Program-made: the position numbers and the translations under genes
Notes under the pieces: generated by a model
Told to the model about the DNA's origin: nothing
What the model saw: the letters and a program-made list of their open reading frames with translations, nothing else
Databases searched by the model: none
Assembly (NCBI GenBank): GCA_040388375.1
Contig: JAZKBU010000007.1
Span: 248,823-312,822 of the forward strand
DNA length: 64,000 bases
Reading direction: 5' to 3'
DNA from: Bacteroidota bacterium
GTDB lineage: Bacteria; Bacteroidota; Bacteroidia; UKL13-3
Shown: piece by piece, positions 27,234 to 35,469 of the stretch
How positions within the stretch are numbered: position 1 is the stretch's first letter
How the letters are laid out: each line of letters starts with the position of its first letter

Positions 27234-27875
27234 TTAATGATACCATTGTCCGGTAGCTTGCGAAGTCCACTCCCCTTTTTCTTTTTCAAATAGAATTGTC
27301 CAACCCGTTCCACAAAGTCCGGGACATAAATTTCTAATCATCATTACAACCTTTTTCTTGTCTTGCGAAAAAACAGGGACAGAGAAAACATACCAGTTCT
27401 TGCGATTATTAAGGTTAAAGCCTAATCGCGAATTGTCCCAACTAAATATTTTAAGTCTGGCTTTTTGTTCTAGCATAAATTTGATGTCTGGTTTAGTCAG
27501 GCACTTGTTAAGTTGTGATGAACTAATTGTACTAGTAGTATTTACCCAGTTGCCAGTATCAACTTGTATGTCTTCCTTTTTATTGTCAATAAGCATTGTA
27601 TTTAAAAATGTCTGATCATCTTGCGACAAATCAAAATTAGGTTGCGGCTCAAGTGTCAGTCCATAATTTAAATCTAATTTTTGGTCAGCAATAACAACTT
27701 TCATAAAGTTATAAATGGCTTGATTGGAAGTATCAGGCTCACTAATTAAATGCTCAATATGATCTTTAGTTGTTGTGTCAGTATAAAGTTTCGCTTCGGT
27801 AACAGGCTTATTTTCTGACTGCCCGCAACCTAAAAGTGAAATAGATACTATTGGTATATAAATTAGTTTTTTCAT
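27234..27875 (-). CDS. Hypothetical lipoprotein
   Basis: Internal start MKKLIYIPIVSISLLGCGQS (lipobox). The upstream extension of the tracked ORF is a translated REP-like repeat. Confidence 0.5.
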   Translation of the reverse strand: MKKLIYIPIVSISLLGCGQSENKPVTEAKLYTDTTTKDHIEHLISEPDTSNQAIYNFMKVVIADQKLDLNYGLTLEPQPNFDLSQDDQTFLNTMLIDNKKEDIQVDTGNWVNTTSTISSSQLNKCLTKPDIKFMLEQKARLKIFSWDNSRLGFNLNNRKNWYVFSVPVFSQDKKKVVMMIRNLCPGLCGTGWTILFEKEKGEWTSQATGQWYH

Positions 27876-28089
27876 TGTCCTATTGGCCTCCTTACTGGTT
27901 TGAGCGTCCGCTCGTTCCTTTATATATAACCAAGGCAATGTACCGAATGTTGAATAGATTGCCCCAACTCTTTACCCCCTTTAAGTGTAAATTATGTATT
28001 TTTTTTCACAAGTTATGTAAGGCTTTGTTGTACTTCCATAAGTACGTTTGTGTTTGCAAAGTAACAATTTACGATTAAAAACAAACACT

Positions 28090-28926
28090 ATGGAAACAGC
28101 AACTAAAGGATACAATTTAACTATTCCGGTAAATAACGTTCAGTTATCTTACAATGATATTGGAGAAGGAAGCATTCCTGTTATATTCATGCACGGTTAT
28201 CCTTTCGATAAAACGATGTGGCAGCTTCAACTTGATTTTTTAAAATCCGGCTACCGTTTAATCTCTTTTGACATTAGAGGATTTGGAAAATCAACAGACG
28301 AGGAATCACACCTGAGCATTGATTTGTTTGCGGAGGATTTAATAGCGCTGATGGATAAGCTGAACATTGATAAAGCAATTGTTTGTGGATTATCTATGGG
28401 TGGTTTCATAGCACTCAATGCACAAAAAAGATTCCCTGATCGCTTTGCAGCATTAATTTTATGCGATACACAATGTATTGCCGATACAGCCGAAGTAAAA
28501 GAAAAACGCAATAAGATTATTAATGAAATAGCCGTTGATGGCGTTGCTCCTTTTAATGAAGGATTTATAAAAAGTGTTTTCCATAAAGATTCATTAAGCA
28601 ATAAAAAGGAATTGGTTGAGCTGTTACGCAGTGTTGTGTTTGCTAATTCACCACATATTATTACAATGGGGCAAACTGCTTTGGCTGAACGTTCAGAAAC
28701 CTGCTCTACTTTGAACGAGATAACTATTCCAACATTGATTATTTGCGGCCGTGAAGATATAGTAACACCTCTTGCTCAATCTGAAATGATGCATAACGCC
28801 ATTAAAGGGTCAATACTGCATGTTATTGACAATGCGGGGCATGTATCTAATCTGGAGCAACCTGATGAATTCAACAAACATCTGCTAGATTTCTTAACTA
28901 CTTTGAGTGCTGATGGCAGACCTTAA
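28090..28926 (+). CDS. Alpha/beta-fold hydrolase
   Basis: HGYPFD start, nucleophile elbow GLSMGG, and an acid/His region (DNAGH). Confidence 0.8.
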   Translation: METATKGYNLTIPVNNVQLSYNDIGEGSIPVIFMHGYPFDKTMWQLQLDFLKSGYRLISFDIRGFGKSTDEESHLSIDLFAEDLIALMDKLNIDKAIVCGLSMGGFIALNAQKRFPDRFAALILCDTQCIADTAEVKEKRNKIINEIAVDGVAPFNEGFIKSVFHKDSLSNKKELVELLRSVVFANSPHIITMGQTALAERSETCSTLNEITIPTLIICGREDIVTPLAQSEMMHNAIKGSILHVIDNAGHVSNLEQPDEFNKHLLDFLTTLSADGRP

Positions 28927-28933
28927 AAGGCAA

Positions 28934-29425
28934 TTACCTTAATTCATACTCTACTTCATTGTCACCCAAAGTAGCCACTTTTATAAAGTGAAGCCTTTCC
29001 ATAAGCTTCATGGCTGCTGCATTATGTTGGCTTGTTATAGCCCAAATACGTTTTAAGCCTATATCATGTAGTCCAAACTCAATGGCTAATAACATAGCAG
29101 CAGTCATATAACCTTGCCCGCGGTATTGCGGTAATAAAACACAACCCAGTTCGCCCTCCCCTTTGTTTAGCCCTCTGTAGTAGCCACAAGTCCCTACTAT
29201 TTTATTTGTTAATTTATCTGCAATGCCCCAATGTATGGAGTTGCCATCAACATAATCATTGTTTATTTTAGCTTGCATGGCTGCAGCCTCTTGCACCGTT
29301 TTAGCCTGCACAGCATCGTAAAACGAAATCTCCACAAGGTCTTGCATGTCCTCCGTAATGATTTGCCGTAATACAATGTTATCACCTGTAATAGTAGGAA
29401 AAATGGAATATGGCGGTAGATTCAT
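28934..29425 (-). CDS. GNAT family N-acetyltransferase
   Basis: RGQGYMTAAMLLAIEFG motif. Confidence 0.75.
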   Translation of the reverse strand: MNLPPYSIFPTITGDNIVLRQIITEDMQDLVEISFYDAVQAKTVQEAAAMQAKINNDYVDGNSIHWGIADKLTNKIVGTCGYYRGLNKGEGELGCVLLPQYRGQGYMTAAMLLAIEFGLHDIGLKRIWAITSQHNAAAMKLMERLHFIKVATLGDNEVEYELR

Positions 29426-29454
29426 TTTGTTTGTTATTGTCTATTTATTAGAAA

Positions 29455-30180
29455 TCAGTCACCAAAAAATCTTAATCCTTCTATTGGTGTATCGTAGGTG
29501 TGATTCTCTTTTAACCTAAGCCAGCCAACAAGTCCAAATTCGGTTTTAACTAAAAAAAACTTCTCTGAATTGTCAGTACCCGGGTCGCAAAGCAGTACCT
29601 CAACATCATAGTCTTTAGGAATGGAAGCAATCACTTCATTACCTGTCTTTGCTTTATACAATGTTAAAGCAGCAGTGGTTTTGCTTTTTAGTCCAACATA
29701 ATAAAATGATTGCCGAATTTCTAATAAAGTATCTGGTAAAAGTTGAAACTTTCTTCTCTTGTTAAACATATTATTGGTATGTCCTGCCGTGTATATAATG
29801 TTGTTTTCCATGACATACAATTCCAGCGCATTAATACTTCCAATTACTCTTCCACTCTTCTTTGCTATAATAAATTCAAAATCATCACTTGGCCCCGTAT
29901 CAAAAAGAATATCCAGTGTATCTGTTATTTGTTTATTATGTATTTGTGTCAGCTTTGTAATAGTTTCCGGATCGCCATCGCCACAATACCAATAATCTGT
30001 TTTGGGTAAACGGGAGCATTTTACATTTAGTAGTTTAATTGATTTGGCATCATACCCAAAAATGAATTCTTTACGAGCCGTATCTATATATATTTTCTTT
30101 AAGTTAGGAAAGTATGCGGGTTTCTGTCCGTAGGAGTAATAGCATGTTAATATAAAAAGGGTAGTAATAATGTTCTTCAT
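29455..30180 (-). CDS. Hypothetical secreted protein
   Basis: Signal peptide (IITTLFILTCYYSYGQ); promoter copy D lies upstream. Confidence 0.5.
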   Translation of the reverse strand: MKNIITTLFILTCYYSYGQKPAYFPNLKKIYIDTARKEFIFGYDAKSIKLLNVKCSRLPKTDYWYCGDGDPETITKLTQIHNKQITDTLDILFDTGPSDDFEFIIAKKSGRVIGSINALELYVMENNIIYTAGHTNNMFNKRRKFQLLPDTLLEIRQSFYYVGLKSKTTAALTLYKAKTGNEVIASIPKDYDVEVLLCDPGTDNSEKFFLVKTEFGLVGWLRLKENHTYDTPIEGLRFFGD

Positions 30181-30208
30181 ATCGGGGTCGAATAACCTGT
30201 TCTTTGTA

Positions 30209-30245
30209 TTAACAAAAATATTGTATTATTTGACACCACAAAAGA
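30209..30245 (-). promoter_or_regulatory. Promoter element copy D
   Basis: ttaacaaaaatattgtattatttgacaccacaaaa, about 30 nt upstream of the 30180 start. Confidence 0.5.
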
Positions 30246-30316
30246 TTTCATGCCTGCTACATTGCTGGTGTGAGCGTTCCGCTCCTTCCTTTTCGCCAAT
30301 GTTGGCGTCCTATTTA

Positions 30317-30523
30317 CTATTGCTTATTATTTTTCATTTTGTTAAACCACAGGTAAAGCGACCAAACTACCGTGATTCCGAAAACGATAAGCACAGCAAT
30401 ATAGTAAGTGCGGAAAAAGTCGTGAAAGTATGCTCCAACTAACACGTATGCCGATGCCATGCAAATTTTTAACAAAGCAAATTCAGCATTGGACCAGCTT
30501 GTTTTTATTTTTAAGAAATTCAT
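30317..30523 (-). CDS. Small two-helix membrane protein (about 68 aa), uncertain
   Basis: Hydrophobic ORF whose 5' end would overlap the globin gene in the tracked ORF. It was trimmed to an internal Met to remove the overlap; that is a guess. Confidence 0.3.
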   Translation of the reverse strand: MNFLKIKTSWSNAEFALLKICMASAYVLVGAYFHDFFRTYYIAVLIVFGITVVWSLYLWFNKMKNNKQ

Positions 30524-30537
30524 ATTGCTTTTTAGTT

Positions 30538-31011
30538 TTAGTCTGTAATGTAAGGCCCTCCTGTTTCGCCCCAACCCCACTTGGGCATTGGTTCATTTGT
30601 GAGCATTGGATTTTCGCTTAATTGTGAATTTATAACAGCGAGTCGTGTACCCCACTCAATATAACCAACAAATGCTGACCGGAATTCGGGGTCGCTTTTA
30701 AGCCCTACTTCATCAGCTGTTTGTAATAGCAAATGAACCCAACGCTGTCTCATTTCTTCAGTGAGCATTTTGCCTATATGATGCCCAACCATACTTGCGT
30801 GGCTTCCTTTGTCGTGGGTGGTATATAGTTTATCGCCACCAAATACTTCCGCTACAAAATGCGAAACGTGCTTAACATGCTCTGACGACATATTTTTAAA
30901 TATTTCGCCAAGCAAATTGTCTTTTAATACCTTGTCGTAAAACTTCGTAAACAGGGTTTCGAAGGTTTGCATATCGCCAGCCCATTCGTATAATGTTGGA
31001 ATATTTTTCAT
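30538..31011 (-). CDS. Group II truncated hemoglobin (trHbO-like)
   Basis: 2-on-2 globin pattern: YEWAGD...FY.KV..D..L..IF, proximal His region HFVAEVFGGDKLY, and Trp in the distal site region (RWVHLLLQTADEVG). Confidence 0.7.
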   Translation of the reverse strand: MKNIPTLYEWAGDMQTFETLFTKFYDKVLKDNLLGEIFKNMSSEHVKHVSHFVAEVFGGDKLYTTHDKGSHASMVGHHIGKMLTEEMRQRWVHLLLQTADEVGLKSDPEFRSAFVGYIEWGTRLAVINSQLSENPMLTNEPMPKWGWGETGGPYITD

Positions 31012-31050
31012 TATTTTTATGTCGGTTTATAGTATTTAGGTTAATACTGT

Positions 31051-31518
31051 TTATTGCTTACTGGTCACATAATGGGCTAACTTTTCTAATGACTGCTCTG
31101 TACCCGCTTCATTGTCTTTTGGGTTGATACCTGTTGGAATATTCTTAAAAACAATGGTCACTTTTGTAGCGTTACTTTCGTGTTCTTCTAAAAATACTTC
31201 CATCAGCATTTCGCCTGCAAACTCGTTTTTGTCTGACAAAAAATGAATAGACTGAACAATTTTTTCATAAGGATTGAGCTCAACAAACTTTGCTGAAAAA
31301 CGATCTTCATTTGCCGCTGTTTTGCCTTCAGTTTCGCCATCCAAGTAAAATAGCGACATACTATATCCTCCTCCAACTTTCAGGTCAAAGTCATGTATTT
31401 TACCTTTCATATCTGTAGGTGCAAGCCAAAATTCCAAAGCACTCTTATTGGTGAAGGCATTGTAAATTTGCTGCTTTGTAGCCCGGATTACTTTTGTATT
31501 TTTTGTTGTTGATACCAT
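31051..31518 (-). CDS. SRPBCC/AHSA1-like domain protein
   Basis: Length and an alternating-strand pattern typical of Activator-of-Hsp90-ATPase-homolog-like (SRPBCC) proteins. Confidence 0.6.
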   Translation of the reverse strand: MVSTTKNTKVIRATKQQIYNAFTNKSALEFWLAPTDMKGKIHDFDLKVGGGYSMSLFYLDGETEGKTAANEDRFSAKFVELNPYEKIVQSIHFLSDKNEFAGEMLMEVFLEEHESNATKVTIVFKNIPTGINPKDNEAGTEQSLEKLAHYVTSKQ

Positions 31519-31532
31519 CTGCTTTATTCCTG

Positions 31533-31898
31533 CTATGAGCCACGCAATATCTTCTCCATCTTCCTACCCTTTGCCAATTCATCTACCAGCTTATCTAAAT
31601 ACCTTACCTGCTGCGTTAAAGTATTGGTAATATCTTCCACACGGTAACCACATATTACACCCGTAATAAGCTGCGCATTTTTATTAATAGTAGCCTGCTT
31701 AAAGAATTGTTCGAACGTTGCTTTTTTATTAATCAGGTCTTGTAGTTGCTTATTATTAAAACCCGTTAACCATGTTATCACTTCATGTAGCTCTTCTTTT
31801 GTCCTTCCCTTCTTCTCTACTTTTGTCAGGTATAATGGATAAACTGAAGCAAATATCATTTTTGCCATACGCTCATCATGTGTTGCGGTTGTGTTCAT
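31533..31898 (-). CDS. DUF2200 domain protein
   Basis: Conserved DUF2200-like sequence (MIFASVYPLYLTKVEKKGRTKEELHEVITWLTGF). Promoter copy E lies upstream. Confidence 0.6.
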   Translation of the reverse strand: MNTTATHDERMAKMIFASVYPLYLTKVEKKGRTKEELHEVITWLTGFNNKQLQDLINKKATFEQFFKQATINKNAQLITGVICGYRVEDITNTLTQQVRYLDKLVDELAKGRKMEKILRGS

Positions 31899-31914
31899 AG
31901 CTTATTTTACTTCT

Positions 31915-31955
31915 ACTAACAAAAGTATTGGATTATTTGAAATCACAAAAACTTT
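31915..31955 (-). promoter_or_regulatory. Promoter element copy E
   Basis: ctaacaaaagtattggattatttgaaatcacaaaaa, immediately upstream of the DUF2200 gene. Confidence 0.5.
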
Positions 31956-32050
31956 TCATGCTTACTCACCTAAGGTTGGTGAGGACATCAGCCTTGGGCA
32001 AACATTCAGGAACATACCCTGCGTTTGTTACTATCGACCAAACTTCAGTT

Positions 32051-32314
32051 TTAGTGCGTTAAAGATGTATATATCAGTAAAAGAACCAAGCCCATGAAGC
32101 CGGCAATAAGAAATGAAGCAGTAAAGGCCCATTTGTTCTTTTTCTTATAAAAGTAAATGGCTGCAATAGCACTTACAAGGCCAACCACTACCATGAATCC
32201 AAGTATTTGTAATAATGTTTTAACTGCTCCCATTTGGTCGGCAAATGCCAATGCAGGTAAGGCGAGTATCGTTAGTAGTGCTACTATTTTTTTCTTGTTG
32301 TATTGGTTTAGCAT
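32051..32314 (-). CDS. Small membrane protein (about 87 aa)
   Basis: Internal start MLNQYNKKKIVALLTILALPALAFA with two TM helices. The tracked ORF's 5' extension covers a REP-like repeat. Confidence 0.4.
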   Translation of the reverse strand: MLNQYNKKKIVALLTILALPALAFADQMGAVKTLLQILGFMVVVGLVSAIAAIYFYKKKNKWAFTASFLIAGFMGLVLLLIYTSLTH

Positions 32315-32463
32315 AGCGGGGGTATATTTGTTTATCGCTACCTCACAAATGTTATGCCAACGCTTGTTTATTATCCGCTGCTGGTGCGAGCGTCCCGCTC
32401 GTTCCCTAAAATGCAAACACTGCACTTGGACAATATTCTTAAAAAAGTTTATCATTGCATGGT

Positions 32464-33444
32464 ATGCAACAAAGCAATTCTATTTATAAACTAACTGCAC
32501 TGTGGGCCTTTACCGAATGTAGCCTGGGTGGCTTAATGCACCTATTTAAAATACCTTTTACCGGGTTTTTTGTAGGTGGCTTTGCCGTTATTATGATTGG
32601 ATTAATTGCTTACTTCAGTAAACAAAACTTCCGAACCATTTTACAAGCTACTATATTGGTAATATTGGTAAAAGCTGCCGTTAGCCCCCAATCGCCACCA
32701 CCCGCTTACTTTGCCGTATTATTCCAGGGCTTTTTTGGTGCTGTTATATTTGGAGGCATGGGCTTTAACAGGTTTAGTGCTATGCTGTTTGGTGCAGTTG
32801 CCATGGTTGAATCGAGCCTGCAAATGATTATAAGCAAAACTATATTTTATGGCATGGACTTTTGGAAAGCCATTGATTTATTATTTCAAAACATTTTAAA
32901 AGACTTTGGCTTGAGCACTACCCTTTCGTTTAGCTTTTGGTTGATATTTTTATACGTATTGTTATATGCCCTTTGGGGTTTACTGCTTGGCTTTTGGTGC
33001 AGTCAATTACCTTTTAAACTAACGGATAAATGGGAGTTGATTACACCCCGATTACAGGCAATACATAACACAGCCATACCAACGCCCAAACAAGGCCCTT
33101 ACCGAAAGCTAAAATGGTTAGGCGTAGTTTTTACCTTATTGTTTATTATAACTGTTTTATTGATGAATGGTGAACAGATAGGCAAAGCGTGGTTTATTGT
33201 TTTGCGTACCATTCTGGTTGTTTCTATATTGTATTTTGTAGTAGCACCTCTTATTCAATATATCATTAAAAGATTTTCGGCCGACAGGCAAACACAAATA
33301 AATGCCATAGTAAATGACCTGCCCGCCATTAAACAAACTGCTTTACTGGCTTATACATTGGCAAGCGAAAACAAAAAAGGATTGGCTAAATACCGCGAGT
33401 TTGTTTGGATACTGATTACTTTAACCCTCTACCATGAAGACTAA
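32464..33444 (+). CDS. Integral membrane protein of unknown function, translationally coupled to the mobA-like gene
   Basis: About 8 hydrophobic helices. Its stop overlaps the next gene's start (33434..33444). Confidence 0.5.
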   Translation: MQQSNSIYKLTALWAFTECSLGGLMHLFKIPFTGFFVGGFAVIMIGLIAYFSKQNFRTILQATILVILVKAAVSPQSPPPAYFAVLFQGFFGAVIFGGMGFNRFSAMLFGAVAMVESSLQMIISKTIFYGMDFWKAIDLLFQNILKDFGLSTTLSFSFWLIFLYVLLYALWGLLLGFWCSQLPFKLTDKWELITPRLQAIHNTAIPTPKQGPYRKLKWLGVVFTLLFIITVLLMNGEQIGKAWFIVLRTILVVSILYFVVAPLIQYIIKRFSADRQTQINAIVNDLPAIKQTALLAYTLASENKKGLAKYREFVWILITLTLYHED

Positions 33445-34513
33445 TATTTATATAGTAAGCAAGGCTATACAAACGGGTAAAACAACGGCTCTTCTTCAGT
33501 GGTGTAAAGAACAAAGCAATGTAGCCGGTGTATTAACACCTGATGTAGATGGTAGCCGCAAACTATATGATATTAAGCAAAAGCAAACCTTTGATTTTGA
33601 AACCAAGGAGACCTTGCCTGCAAATGAAATTACACCCATTGGTCGCTTTCATTTTTTAACCGAAGGTTTTAAGCAGGCACAACAAATAATACATGCCGGT
33701 GTTGGCAGCGAGTATTTGGTCATTGATGAAATTGGCCGCTTGGAGTTAAACGAAGGCAAAGGATTAGAACCAAGCTTAGGGCAGGTTATAAAGCAATATG
33801 TTTCAAAAGCAGTAAGTGGTAATTTGGTATTGGTTATCCGCGATTATTTATTGGAAGCTTGTATGGAGAAATATAGTTTATACGATGCACAAATTATTCA
33901 ATCACCGGAAGAAATAAACAAGCAAAATGAATTGATTGGTTTGGTATTATGCGGAGGCAAAAGCACCCGTATGCATACCGATAAAGCTTTTATAAACTAT
34001 CACGAAAAGGAACAGGTTTATTATTTAGCTGACAAAATGAGGCTACTTTGTTCATCAGTTTTTATTGCTTGCAATGCTACCCAAAAAGAAAAGATAAGCG
34101 AGCACTACAAAACGATTTGCGATAGTGCGACTTTTGAAAACACAGGACCTATAGCTGCCATTCTAACCGCATTAGCGCACTATCCTACCCATTCGTTTCT
34201 AGTACTAGCTTGTGACTATCCACTGCTTACTTTAACTGATATTTTAAAACTTAAAAGTGCATTTCTAAGCACGCAAAAATCGGTTTCGTTTTATAATGAT
34301 GAAACTGGTTTCAGGGAACCTTTATTGGCTATTTACCATGCGCATGATTTGCAAAAACTGTTATCGTTTTATGAAACTGGAAATACCAGCTTACAGCATT
34401 TTTTAAATGAAATAGATGCGGTAAAAGTAAAGCCAACTGATTTAAAGGCTATAAAAAGTATTGATACCAAACTGGAGTTTGATGAAATAAAATCCTTAAT
34501 TACGCATAACTGA
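33434..34513 (+). CDS. Fusion of a DUF2478/THEP1-like P-loop NTPase with molybdenum cofactor guanylyltransferase (MobA-like)
   Basis: Walker A-like IQTGKTT and Walker B-like LVIDEIG in the N-terminal half. MobA signature LVLCGGKSTRMHTDKA and a LACDYPLLT segment in the C-terminal half. Confidence 0.7.
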   Translation: MKTNIYIVSKAIQTGKTTALLQWCKEQSNVAGVLTPDVDGSRKLYDIKQKQTFDFETKETLPANEITPIGRFHFLTEGFKQAQQIIHAGVGSEYLVIDEIGRLELNEGKGLEPSLGQVIKQYVSKAVSGNLVLVIRDYLLEACMEKYSLYDAQIIQSPEEINKQNELIGLVLCGGKSTRMHTDKAFINYHEKEQVYYLADKMRLLCSSVFIACNATQKEKISEHYKTICDSATFENTGPIAAILTALAHYPTHSFLVLACDYPLLTLTDILKLKSAFLSTQKSVSFYNDETGFREPLLAIYHAHDLQKLLSFYETGNTSLQHFLNEIDAVKVKPTDLKAIKSIDTKLEFDEIKSLITHN

Positions 34514-34515
34514 TT

Positions 34516-35370
34516 ATGACTAAACCTGCCGTTGCTCCTGCCCAAATTGTAAAAGTAAACAACCATGAATTTTTGCAAACCAATGATTTACTGGCGGTGG
34601 AAGAGCCTTTGGAAATACGTATTGGCTATGGACTTAAAACGCAGCGCGAGCAACGCAATATTTCAGTAACCATGCGCACACCCGGCCACGATTTTGAACT
34701 GGCTTTGGGTTTTTTGTTTACAGAAGGCATTATAGAAAGTAGCCAGCAAATTGCACAGATAAGGTATTGTACTGAGTTAAATACACAGGAGAATAATGAA
34801 AACATTGTAAGGGTTGAGCTGCACGAAGATGTAGTTATAGATTTTAGTAAACTGCAACGTAACTTCTACACTACTTCCAGTTGTGGTGTGTGTGGCAAAG
34901 CCAGTATTGATGCCATTAAAACCGTTTGCCAAAACCAAAATCCGGTATCCGATTTTAAGGTACATGAATCCATTATTTTATCGCTACCCGACCAGTTAAG
35001 AGCGCAACAAAATGTATTTGAATATACAGGAGGTTTACATGCTTGTGCTTTGTTTGATGTAAAGGGAACTATTAAACTGTTGCGTGAAGACGTAGGCCGC
35101 CACAATGCATTAGATAAGCTAATTGGTGCTATAGTGGGGCAAACCAATACAGAAAATTTGTTTGTGGATACTGTTTTGTTGCTCAGTGGCAGGGCTAGTT
35201 TTGAATTAATACAAAAAGCAGCTATGGCCGGTATACCCGTTATTTGCGCAGTAGGTGCGCCCAGCAGCTTAGCCGTAGCAACGGCAAAAGAATTTGGTAT
35301 CACCTTAATTGGCTTTTTAAGAGATAAACGATTTAATATTTATACGAACGAACAAAGAATTTCGTTTTAG
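34516..35370 (+). CDS. fdhD: FdhD sulfurtransferase (formate dehydrogenase accessory protein family)
   Basis: FdhD signature Cys loop (SSCGVCGKASID) and a C-terminal GRASFELIQKAAMAGIPV region. It starts 3 nt after the mobA-like stop. Confidence 0.85.
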   Translation: MTKPAVAPAQIVKVNNHEFLQTNDLLAVEEPLEIRIGYGLKTQREQRNISVTMRTPGHDFELALGFLFTEGIIESSQQIAQIRYCTELNTQENNENIVRVELHEDVVIDFSKLQRNFYTTSSCGVCGKASIDAIKTVCQNQNPVSDFKVHESIILSLPDQLRAQQNVFEYTGGLHACALFDVKGTIKLLREDVGRHNALDKLIGAIVGQTNTENLFVDTVLLLSGRASFELIQKAAMAGIPVICAVGAPSSLAVATAKEFGITLIGFLRDKRFNIYTNEQRISF

Positions 35371-35401
35371 TATTACTTGGACATAATTAGATTTTATTAA
35401 C

Positions 35402-35445
35402 AAAAAACCACATGAGCCTTTTACAGCTTATGTGGTTTTTGTTAT
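35402..35445. terminator. Bidirectional terminator between fdhD (+) and the convergent minus-strand gene
   Basis: aaaaaccacat / atgtggttttt 11-bp arms around a 16-nt loop, with A/T tracts on both sides. Confidence 0.65.
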
Positions 35446-35469
35446 TTAAAGTAGCTTACTACTTTTAGT

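Noticed and set aside
30317-30580. Full-length 87-aa ORF overlapping the truncated-hemoglobin gene
   Set aside because: The 5' extension overlaps the globin coding region. It was trimmed to an internal Met, and even then the call is weak.
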